This document shows, one piece after another, positions 10,704 to 18,917 of a stretch of DNA of 64,000 nucleotides. Under the pieces are notes generated by a model. The model did no database searches. It had not been told where the DNA came from and saw only the letters and a program-made list of their open reading frames with translations. This stretch comes from a virus. The first letter of the stretch is position 1; every line of letters begins with the position of its first letter. The DNA lies in IMG/VR virus record IMGVR_UViG_3300009431_000003. One strand, written 5' to 3'. The translations under genes were made by a program, and so were the position numbers.

Positions 10704-11629
10704 TAATGCACCGTAATTGCAACTTCTGTCACCACAAGTTCAGGTTCTGGAAGCACTTCATCAGTGGCATCTGATTTAACCACGGCTGAAATTGTACACG
10801 TACCGGGTTTCGCGCCAGTGACTCTCATGCCTTCGCCCTCCCAGCGGTAGGTAATAACTCCGGCCACGCTGTCGTCAAATGTCAAAGTAATCCATGATAG
10901 AGCGGCAATGCCGGAAACTTCTCTTGTATCTGATAATAGAAGAGATATATCAACATCTTCTGTCTCCTCTATTGCTAAATTTATTACTGCAGGCGACATA
11001 CTAAGCTGAGCCGGCCTAACAAATAGACATTTGCTCAATTCATGCCTCGCCCGGTCGGGTACATGAACAGTAAAAATATAGTCCTCAAAACCATCGATCC
11101 TTACAGAGTATATCCCTCCGCGAATCATATCCGCAAACACTACACCATTAGCATCGGCATAGATATCTTTCCCTTTAGCAACAACCATATAACTCCCAGG
11201 CCCAAGAGCCACAGGAGACCTATCAAGTCGGAGACGGACCCTCCCATTACTTATAGGAGTACCATCATTGTGGATCAATGTTGTATATAATCTACAAAAC
11301 CGAGGGTCCAAAGCTTCCCCTACGCCCTCCAATAAATGACCATAAAGATCAAAATCATTTGGAGTTCCTGGGTCTTCCGGCTCAACTACTTGTATATACT
11401 GAGGCGATTGAAAGGAGACCCCAAGTTTAAATAATCGAAGCTGATACTCTTGGCCTCCATACGCTATCGCTCCTTCAAGAAGAAATTCAACCATTCCATT
11501 AACATCTGTTGTTCCACTAGTAATTAAAATAACTCCTGCACTATCATACACCTGAACAAGTACATCCTCCAAAAAAGTAGAAGGAACATCATCAGTAGAA
11601 ATAAAAATATGTACAGGTACTGCCATCAC
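10703..11629 (-). CDS. Putative virion protein with prealbumin/Ig-like beta domains, 308 aa
   Basis: VLVQVYDSAGVILITSGTTDVNGMVEFLL pattern; C-terminal Ig-like segment; coupled to neighbours. Confidence 0.6.
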   Translation of the reverse strand: MMAVPVHIFISTDDVPSTFLEDVLVQVYDSAGVILITSGTTDVNGMVEFLLEGAIAYGGQEYQLRLFKLGVSFQSPQYIQVVEPEDPGTPNDFDLYGHLLEGVGEALDPRFCRLYTTLIHNDGTPISNGRVRLRLDRSPVALGPGSYMVVAKGKDIYADANGVVFADMIRGGIYSVRIDGFEDYIFTVHVPDRARHELSKCLFVRPAQLSMSPAVINLAIEETEDVDISLLLSDTREVSGIAALSWITLTFDDSVAGVITYRWEGEGMRVTGAKPGTCTISAVVKSDATDEVLPEPELVVTEVAITVH

Positions 11630-12570
11630 ATCCTCATATTAGGGTTGTACCCAAGATACATTCCATGTGTTTGCGGATTCTGCATTGCAGCAGTTTGCCT
11701 TGCCTGTTGTCTCCGACCACGCACCCCAAAATATCCACCTACACCAAGAGCGCCAGCTCCACCTGCACCAATCATAGCTTTTGTCCCTAAACCCATTCCC
11801 GGCTTTGCAGCACCAAATAAAGCACCTCTCATTAATTGCTTACCTCCTTGAGCTACCGCCCTCCCCCAAATAGGGGACGTAGCAATTAAAGCCGCTAATG
11901 TGCCGCCGGCTACCAATTTCCCTTTATTTGTTCTTAGAAAATTTATTCCTTTGTTAATACCTCGCGCAGTTTGTTGGTGTCCTACTGTACTTATTGCTGT
12001 ATTTACTCCGGGGCCTGATACGCCAGGCATAAATGCCTTAGATCCTCGTTGGGCTTTTAGCATCGCTTGTATTTCAGGGAAAGTCATACCTTTACCTGAA
12101 ATATGAACACCCTCCATCTGCTTTCCTGCCAAGGCAAACCGCCGCTTTGTAGGTGCTTTAAAGAGCCCGCCTTCTAAAGTCTTCATACCCTGGCCGAGCT
12201 GTTTCATACCTTGGCTTCCTGCTTGTCTTCCAGAAAGTTCTGTGAAAGCTTTCCCTACTCCTTTTATGCCTCCTCCTCCCCTGGCCACAGTAGATAGAAA
12301 ACTCTCCACCCCACCGACAATACCAGGAAGCTTAGAAGCAAAGCCCTCTAAGAGCTTACCAATTGACAAAGCATTAATAGCAACTTTTTCTCGACCAAAC
12401 TCAACAACAGGGTACATTGACTGACCAATTATCTCATCAACTACAGCATGGCCTAGAGTATTCAATTTTTGATACCCTACACCAAAAGCCTCAGAAGCAA
12501 TTTTATTCCGGAGTAGGATCATGGAGGTTTTATTTTTTATCTCTGTACGGAGTGCCTCCTTTAAAATCAT
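11626..12570 (-). CDS. Gly/Lys-rich protein with glycine-zipper-like hydrophobic segments (putative internal virion protein)
   Basis: GKLVAGGTLAALIATSPIWG and MIGAGGAGALGVGGYFGV segments; ATGA coupling. Confidence 0.6.
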   Translation of the reverse strand: MILKEALRTEIKNKTSMILLRNKIASEAFGVGYQKLNTLGHAVVDEIIGQSMYPVVEFGREKVAINALSIGKLLEGFASKLPGIVGGVESFLSTVARGGGGIKGVGKAFTELSGRQAGSQGMKQLGQGMKTLEGGLFKAPTKRRFALAGKQMEGVHISGKGMTFPEIQAMLKAQRGSKAFMPGVSGPGVNTAISTVGHQQTARGINKGINFLRTNKGKLVAGGTLAALIATSPIWGRAVAQGGKQLMRGALFGAAKPGMGLGTKAMIGAGGAGALGVGGYFGVRGRRQQARQTAAMQNPQTHGMYLGYNPNMRM

Positions 12571-13535
12571 GGCGACCTCCTCACAGCATAAGTTTTCCCG
12601 GTACGAACAACCTCGAAAGCGTCCGGCTGGGAAGCTTCAACGGTCATCACATTAAATGAGTCTTCGTCCGGCACTATAAACTCCCGTATAAAACTTTGGC
12701 CTACTAACACTACCTTCACACTTGCTCCACGAATAAGGTCTATAGAAGCTTCTCCCTTCCCGTCTGTAACAATACTGAGGTACTCTTTCCCAAACAATAC
12801 CCCATAATCTTTTTGAGGAAAAGGAGGAAGAAGATAAAACCTTACTTCAACATCTGAAACAGGGACACCGGACCCGTCCACTAACTTAACCTCAGCGGAA
12901 GAAAGGTCTTCTGGTGGGGCAATAGTACCTGATACTCCCTGGAACGGGTCAGAAAGATCACTCTCCAATCCGGTATCAAGGTTTATATAAGTACAACGAT
13001 ACCATGCTGTTTCTTCTCCCGAAAAGTCTATAAAGTGATACTGGAGAATATTTTCAAATAGTTTTATATGCTGACCAAATCCAATTACAGTCCCAATAGT
13101 AAGCCCCAATGCAGAGACAGCAGTGCCTCCAAGAACCTCAATAGTTGACTCCCGTCCCTGTACAGGGGATTGTATAATATATCTATGCGGGTTCGACAGT
13201 AAGAGCGTAGCAGGCGAATACCGCAGCTCTTGATAGAATTGAGCATTAATAGTCTGAATTGCCTGAATTACTGTCATTGGCTGAGAGTAATCGAAGGAAA
13301 TATCCTGCATAGGATCCCGATCAATCTTCAGTTGTAGATTCCCTCCCCCACTCAAATCCCAGGGTTCATCTGAGGGAGCTTCTATAATTGCAGCAACAGG
13401 CTGGCTGTCAGATATAGGCTCATAAATAAGCTCACCATATGGGCCTATATCTGCCCTGTATATCTTAATGTGAGAATATTGTGGCAAGATTAGGTCCACA
13501 TCTGGGACATCAATCGTTAGTTCGATGACAGCCAT
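12567..13535 (-). CDS. Putative virion protein, 322 aa; C-terminal domain paralogous to 10703-11629
   Basis: LVDGSGVPVSDVEVRF...IDLIRGA resembles LIHNDGTPISNGRVRL...ADMIRGG. Confidence 0.6.
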   Translation of the reverse strand: MAVIELTIDVPDVDLILPQYSHIKIYRADIGPYGELIYEPISDSQPVAAIIEAPSDEPWDLSGGGNLQLKIDRDPMQDISFDYSQPMTVIQAIQTINAQFYQELRYSPATLLLSNPHRYIIQSPVQGRESTIEVLGGTAVSALGLTIGTVIGFGQHIKLFENILQYHFIDFSGEETAWYRCTYINLDTGLESDLSDPFQGVSGTIAPPEDLSSAEVKLVDGSGVPVSDVEVRFYLLPPFPQKDYGVLFGKEYLSIVTDGKGEASIDLIRGASVKVVLVGQSFIREFIVPDEDSFNVMTVEASQPDAFEVVRTGKTYAVRRSP

Positions 13536-13547
13536 CGTTTGCCTTTC

Positions 13548-13970
13548 TTATCCGTTTGCGGAGGTTTCCGCTTCGGTTTTTTCTGTTTCGGCGCCAAGAC
13601 TCTTCCCTTGCTGATTATTGGCTTTGACATTATCTTTCTCCACTCCCTGCTTAGGGCTTTTCTTCATATTTTCCAGCATATTCTTCTGGAATTGTTGCTG
13701 TCGGAGTGCCTGGGCAGTCATTTGTCCTTTACCAGATATTGGATCAATCTCAAAAAATGTGAGATCCTGTCCATATTTGTCACTCATTTCTTTAATGGTG
13801 TTGTGGAAGGCTGTACGAAAATCCTGTACATCCCTACTTGCCAACATGGTCTCTTTCCTTGCCAGCTCAACCCGGCGCACCGCATCTTGTTCCTGGAGCC
13901 GCAGCATCTCAAGTAGCCGGGCGTCAGCAGGGTCCATCTGGACTTGCGGTTTCTGTGGTTGTTCACTCAT
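13548..13970 (-). CDS. Hypothetical coiled-coil protein, 140 aa
   Basis: GGAGGA RBS; Q/E/K-rich helical sequence. Confidence 0.7.
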   Translation of the reverse strand: MSEQPQKPQVQMDPADARLLEMLRLQEQDAVRRVELARKETMLASRDVQDFRTAFHNTIKEMSDKYGQDLTFFEIDPISGKGQMTAQALRQQQFQKNMLENMKKSPKQGVEKDNVKANNQQGKSLGAETEKTEAETSANG

Positions 13971-13986
13971 GTCTTCCTCCTCTTTA

Positions 13987-14265
13987 TTAAATATTTAACA
14001 CGTCACCTAAATTACCATCAAAGTCAAAAAGATCTTCCACAGAAGAATATCTGTATACATAATCAGCAGAAGCAGAGCCTCCAAGCTGTCCGGAAAGTTC
14101 CTCAGCAAAAGCAGCTTCCTCAATAAGCTCTGCCTTTTCCTGCTCAAAAGCCGCTATCATTACAGAGGCGGAGGCAGCTAATAGTGCTTTCGAAGCATTC
14201 TGCTCCATCTGCGCTTGCTGTTCTAGCTTATTCAAATTCGCAGCAGCATTTGGATCTCCTATCAT
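13987..14265 (-). CDS. Hypothetical acidic protein, 92 aa
   Basis: GGAG RBS; fills the gap in a same-strand gene run. Confidence 0.65.
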   Translation of the reverse strand: MIGDPNAAANLNKLEQQAQMEQNASKALLAASASVMIAAFEQEKAELIEEAAFAEELSGQLGGSASADYVYRYSSVEDLFDFDGNLGDVLNI

Positions 14266-14275
14266 GCCTTCCTCC

Positions 14276-15073
14276 TTATATCCCTCTATCTTTCATGCGC
14301 TTTTCAATCTTCCCTTTTAAAGAAGATACCTTTGCTGGGGACCATTTATATTGTTTAGCTATCTGACCGGGCTTCATCTGATCAAATCCATCCATTCCCA
14401 TTAGATGCTGAAATACTAATTTTTCCTCGTCAGGCAGCTCATACTTAATTAGTCTCAGCCCCATTTCGTCCAGATCAGGAGGTATCTGAAATGTTGCTTC
14501 CTCACTTCGAGAAGTAACCCAATCGCTTCGAAGCTCGTTTTGTAACCTCGCCACTTCCCTTTCCGGCCATTGAAGCTCTTCTGCCAACTCAAAAGGAGTA
14601 GGCTCTCTTCCTATAGCATCCCTCATTACCGCAAAGGTAGTTTGGAGCTGCCCTACTTTAGAGGCTCTATGATCAGGAATAGATCCTACATTTTGGTACT
14701 TCTTTATATGATGCTCAGCGTCCCTAAGCTTATATGTCGCAAAGGTAGATAGCTTCGCTTTCCTTCCTGGATCATATTCTTTAATCGCCCGAATAGCGGC
14801 ACTCTCAAAGCGTGATTTAATAACTTCCTTTGGTACTCCTTTAATATTTGCGTGGAGATAAGGATTCATCCTCATATTAATAATTGGCCGAAGAGATCTA
14901 AGAACAGGCTTCATGTCTCTCTTCTTCCGGCCCCCATCATTCCATTTATGCCAAAGAGTCAAGTCCTTATTTCCTGCCTCCTCAGCAGAGGGAGCAAGTT
15001 CCACAGTCTTTTTTGCAACAAAAAGAGGACCAAAGCCCAATTTCTGTAAATATGTAATCGTTTCTGTGTCCAT
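14276..15073 (-). CDS. Phage RNA polymerase sigma-70 family factor (FliA/WhiG-like group)
   Basis: Region 2 AIRAIKEYDPGRKAKLSTFATY; region 3 GREPTPFELAEELQW; region 4 LPDEEKLVF...GQIAKQYKWSPAKVS. Confidence 0.9.
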   Translation of the reverse strand: MDTETITYLQKLGFGPLFVAKKTVELAPSAEEAGNKDLTLWHKWNDGGRKKRDMKPVLRSLRPIINMRMNPYLHANIKGVPKEVIKSRFESAAIRAIKEYDPGRKAKLSTFATYKLRDAEHHIKKYQNVGSIPDHRASKVGQLQTTFAVMRDAIGREPTPFELAEELQWPEREVARLQNELRSDWVTSRSEEATFQIPPDLDEMGLRLIKYELPDEEKLVFQHLMGMDGFDQMKPGQIAKQYKWSPAKVSSLKGKIEKRMKDRGI

Positions 15074-15076
15074 ACT

Positions 15077-15325
15077 CTATGCAAAACCTGATCGTTGAAC
15101 ATAAGGATTGATTTGGTGTATCGGTTTTGTAACCGACGCTTTAGGTTTTCCAACATTAGCTGTACGATTAAGGCTTGCAGACGCTTCCATTTTCGACTCT
15201 CTTGGTATAGCCAATGAAGAGGCCGGGGTTATCCTACGCCCCCTCATATCCAGGTTAGGCCTGGCAGTCGGAGCCGAAACCAAGGATAGTTTCATCAGCT
15301 CCTCAAAAAAAGCATAAGGAGGCAT
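15077..15325 (-). CDS. Small basic hypothetical protein, 82 aa
   Basis: Coupled to the upstream ORF; N-terminal AFFEELMKLS motif. Confidence 0.65.
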   Translation of the reverse strand: MPPYAFFEELMKLSLVSAPTARPNLDMRGRRITPASSLAIPRESKMEASASLNRTANVGKPKASVTKPIHQINPYVQRSGFA

Positions 15326-15579
15326 TATAGTCCTCCTGGGCGCCCCATTGATTGGGCACGGAGATACGCTCCCATATCACGGTCTTTCTGCATCTGCTTT
15401 AGTTGTTGAAGACCTACTCCTCCCGCACCCGCAGCAAGAAGAAGACCTTTGTTCTTAAGCAGAAAATCCAAACTACGATGTGCTAAAGGAGTATTAGCAA
15501 CAAAATATGCCCGCTTTTCTCGGCCCTTGGACGCCAGTTTTACTGTCTCATCAAAAAATGATTTTGGGATCCCAAACAT
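15325..15579 (-). CDS. Small basic hypothetical protein with Gly-rich hydrophobic segment, 84 aa
   Basis: GGAG RBS; SFFDETVKLAS motif; GLLLAAGAGGVG. Confidence 0.7.
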   Translation of the reverse strand: MFGIPKSFFDETVKLASKGREKRAYFVANTPLAHRSLDFLLKNKGLLLAAGAGGVGLQQLKQMQKDRDMGAYLRAQSMGRPGGL

Positions 15580-15612
15580 TATAATTCTCCCATACTAAAG
15601 CTTTCCAGATAT

Positions 15613-15643
15613 ATTCTACCACAAAAGGACAAAAGTCAATCAA
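15613..15643 (-). promoter_or_regulatory. sigma70-type extended -10 promoter (TG-G-TAGAAT), TTGACT/TTGATT upstream
   Basis: Minus-strand TAGAAT at 15618-15613 preceded by TGG; TTGACT at 15-nt or TTGATT at 19-nt spacing; intergenic, upstream of the operon containing the sigma factor. Confidence 0.55.
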
Positions 15644-15656
15644 CTAAAGGTATATT

Positions 15657-18600
15657 TTAGTCAACTAATCCTCTAGCAAATGACCTAAGCTCTAAAACCA
15701 TATTCTGTACTCTGCTGGCCCGATCTGTTCTTACATCTAACTCCGGAGGTATTTGTGCTTTCTGGGCAGAGCTGTGATAAGTTCGTAGCGATGCTCCTTC
15801 CAACCCAGACCCGGAAGGACCTAACAATCCCGATAGTTTAGGTAAACCAGACCCAAAACTGCCCTGGTGAAATCCAACCTTACTGGAGCCTTCCAGCTCC
15901 GCACCGGTTACATCACTATACATACCTGTTCCAACAGTAGAATTTTCGACCATACCGGTTTCTGGATTAATAAAAGTATTTTGGCCGAGAACGTCTCCCA
16001 TTGTAGCGATAGGCCGATATGTATATGTACGAATAAATTCCCGGATAGCTTTTGGAGAAGTTCTACATACCCGGTCATAATAAAACGATAAGGCATCTAA
16101 GGCACCTTCTTGCGACCCGGGAACTCCGGTAGGCGTAGAAGGTCCCGAAGTAGCACCAAGAACCCCTTCTGAAGTTATTGATTGGCAACCAAATAATTGC
16201 TTATATATTTCCCCTATTGCATTATTTTTATAATTTGAATCTAACCATTCCGGCATAAGCTTGTCTTCCGGCATACCACCTTCCGCAATAAGAAGAACCT
16301 GCTCTACTTCTTCAGTAATAATAATCTTTTCAAAGAGATAGTTCCCATACCCACCTGAGAGTGTACCTCCTCCCGGATCTTTATATATAGGAGGCTCGCT
16401 AAACGGAACCAGAATTTGAAAGGGCTCCCCTCCTTTTGGTCCCTTTTTTAGGTATTGAGCAGGATCGTCAATCAACCAACCTACTGTAGGAATGCTGGCC
16501 TCACCTTTTATACTTATTGCATCGCCCAACGCTTGTATAGAGGACTGGGTACTTTTGAAGTCTCCTACTGCGGGAGACATGTATCCCTTTAGTATTTCAT
16601 CCAATGATTTTTTTGCTTCCTCTAAAGAGGCAGAGCCTTCATCAGGAACAAAAGAATCGTCCTTATAAAAACCTACATAGTCCTGTGCTTTATAGTGGTA
16701 ATCTAAAAGCTGTGCTATGTCCGTTGGAGTCGCTGCTCTCAAAATATCTATTTTTGTAGAATCGCCGGCCTTCCAATCCACAATAGCTTCAGTATAGGTA
16801 ATTATAGTTGTTACCTTTCTCTTGACCTTTTCTTCTTTAAAAGAGTCCGCTAAAAATTCATCGTCTGGATGATTAGACCGTACATGTCCCAGGTCTATCG
16901 AAGTTTTTGCAGTACTTTGGTTTATCATATGACTTAAAGAAACAACCATACCTAAAACCTGGGAAGGAACATTCAAACCTTCCTCCATGAGACCAGCTAC
17001 AGCCTCTGTAACATTTGCGAATTGTTTCAGCCCAGTACCTGCCCAAGGCATAACCGAAGGTATTCTCGACAAAATAATACCCGCAGGCACACCAACTAGA
17101 ATACGAGGCAAAAACCCACAAGTAATTGCTGCCGACCTTGTTCCATACCGCATATGATAAAACATATAATTAGCTACCATCTGCCCGTACTCTTTTGTAG
17201 AAGCTCCTTCAATACCAAACATTGAAGGTACAGCAACTCTATAAATAATCGGGCCTGAGAACTTTTCCCAGTCTTGTGTTGTACCTACCTTCATTTCTGA
17301 AGCACTACCAGAACCTCCACCTAAAGAGATTGCACTTACAAATTCATCCCCACCACTACCGCCAGCAGAGGACATAGTAACTATCACCTTTGTAGCTTCT
17401 GTCGTAAAATCCCTTGCCATCTCAAAAGAGTCATATTCATCCGGAAAAATAATATTACAAGTTGGTGGAGAAGCCATCCAGATATCTGGAAGAACAATCT
17501 GAGTCAGAAGCCGCCCCTTTGAATTAACTTCCGTAAGCTCCTCCAAGTTAGTAAAAGAGGCTTCTGTGAGTAGCTTTTCTACTACCTTTAAAATCTTGGT
17601 GTTAATATCCGTCTTGAATAATTTTTCGTATGGTGCTGTAGCTCCCGCAGTTTTTAGTAAGTTAATATCCGGAGCCGAATCTTGTTCTGCAAGAATAACT
17701 GTTAGGTACCCCTTCAGTTCGTCAAGATACTTTTTTACTGTGGCCTTAGTCCCATCATTCACATCATCCGCATTGTCCAATAGTACAATAAACCCAGGGA
17801 TACTATTATGTAATGATTGCAGTATCTTTATGACTGTCCCAGCTTCCATAGAATGATAAGTTATCGGCATATCTACAATTGAAGCAGCCATAATATTATT
17901 TATCACTCCAGAGTAACCATAATTTAAGGATGCAGAAGCAATTTGGCGGTACGTATAAGAAAGCTGCGTATATATTGGAGCCAAAGACGGGTGTTCAAAA
18001 TTGGACATTGGAAACGAAGAGGACTCTATCCCTGTTCCTTCATAGTGTCGATAATAAGGACAAGGTTGTGGTGAAATATTATAAAATATTTGTTGACAGA
18101 TATGATTTGCTATATCCCTAAAACTTACCCTTTGCTTTCCATTGGCAACTCCTCCCCCAGACCCAAATAAGGCCTTTTTTAATTTACTCCACGCAAATAC
18201 ACTTTCAGCACTCGTACCATCATCCGCCCCCAATTGCATAGACAAATGCAACCTCAGCTCCTCATAGCTGGACCACAAATTATTTCCTAATCTAGGAGCA
18301 GTTCCTTCATTAATTGCTGGAGGGTATATTCCTCCAGCCGAAAGTAACAGATTTATCATTGCGCCAATTGCTCCGGAAACACCAGAGAAGTCTTTAGCTA
18401 CCCCAACACCGGAGGCTCCCTCATCCATAATTGTCTTAATTTTGGTAACCCACCCCTTAGTAGCGGAAGCACCTAGCGTCATTGCGCTGGTAAACTCGTC
18501 CGAACCACCAACACCAGACGTAGTTCCTGCTGTTTGGTTTGTGGTAATGTCCCAAAGGCCAGAATCATCTACACAGTGTAATACAAGAGAGTTTTGTCCT

Positions 18601-18917
18601 ATATTTTTTCTGTAACCAAAACCGGACACGGTACCTGAAAGTAACAAACGATAAGAACCGCCAGAGCTAATTGGCTCTTGAGAAATTAGAGGAAAAGCCT
18701 CGATACCCTCAAAAGCTTTCGGCGCCAAGGAATCTGTATCATAGTAAAATAACTCTATTTTGGATCTCGGAGCAATGTAAAGGCCCGCTGTCATAGAAAC
18801 AATTTGAATGGCAGCAACTGCCGCGGTATTCGCCGCAGCCGTAACAAAAGCAGAAACACAAGGCACCTCAAACCCTTCAAGGACGGCTCTTAATCTTAAA
18901 TGTTTACCTTCACTCAT
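15657..18917 (-). CDS. Putative baseplate hub / tail protein, 1086 aa
   Basis: Position two to three genes downstream of the tape measure gene; hub-like motifs (PPTCNIIFPD, CGFLPRILVGVP). Confidence 0.6.
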   Translation of the reverse strand: MSEGKHLRLRAVLEGFEVPCVSAFVTAAANTAAVAAIQIVSMTAGLYIAPRSKIELFYYDTDSLAPKAFEGIEAFPLISQEPISSGGSYRLLLSGTVSGFGYRKNIGQNSLVLHCVDDSGLWDITTNQTAGTTSGVGGSDEFTSAMTLGASATKGWVTKIKTIMDEGASGVGVAKDFSGVSGAIGAMINLLLSAGGIYPPAINEGTAPRLGNNLWSSYEELRLHLSMQLGADDGTSAESVFAWSKLKKALFGSGGGVANGKQRVSFRDIANHICQQIFYNISPQPCPYYRHYEGTGIESSSFPMSNFEHPSLAPIYTQLSYTYRQIASASLNYGYSGVINNIMAASIVDMPITYHSMEAGTVIKILQSLHNSIPGFIVLLDNADDVNDGTKATVKKYLDELKGYLTVILAEQDSAPDINLLKTAGATAPYEKLFKTDINTKILKVVEKLLTEASFTNLEELTEVNSKGRLLTQIVLPDIWMASPPTCNIIFPDEYDSFEMARDFTTEATKVIVTMSSAGGSGGDEFVSAISLGGGSGSASEMKVGTTQDWEKFSGPIIYRVAVPSMFGIEGASTKEYGQMVANYMFYHMRYGTRSAAITCGFLPRILVGVPAGIILSRIPSVMPWAGTGLKQFANVTEAVAGLMEEGLNVPSQVLGMVVSLSHMINQSTAKTSIDLGHVRSNHPDDEFLADSFKEEKVKRKVTTIITYTEAIVDWKAGDSTKIDILRAATPTDIAQLLDYHYKAQDYVGFYKDDSFVPDEGSASLEEAKKSLDEILKGYMSPAVGDFKSTQSSIQALGDAISIKGEASIPTVGWLIDDPAQYLKKGPKGGEPFQILVPFSEPPIYKDPGGGTLSGGYGNYLFEKIIITEEVEQVLLIAEGGMPEDKLMPEWLDSNYKNNAIGEIYKQLFGCQSITSEGVLGATSGPSTPTGVPGSQEGALDALSFYYDRVCRTSPKAIREFIRTYTYRPIATMGDVLGQNTFINPETGMVENSTVGTGMYSDVTGAELEGSSKVGFHQGSFGSGLPKLSGLLGPSGSGLEGASLRTYHSSAQKAQIPPELDVRTDRASRVQNMVLELRSFARGLVD

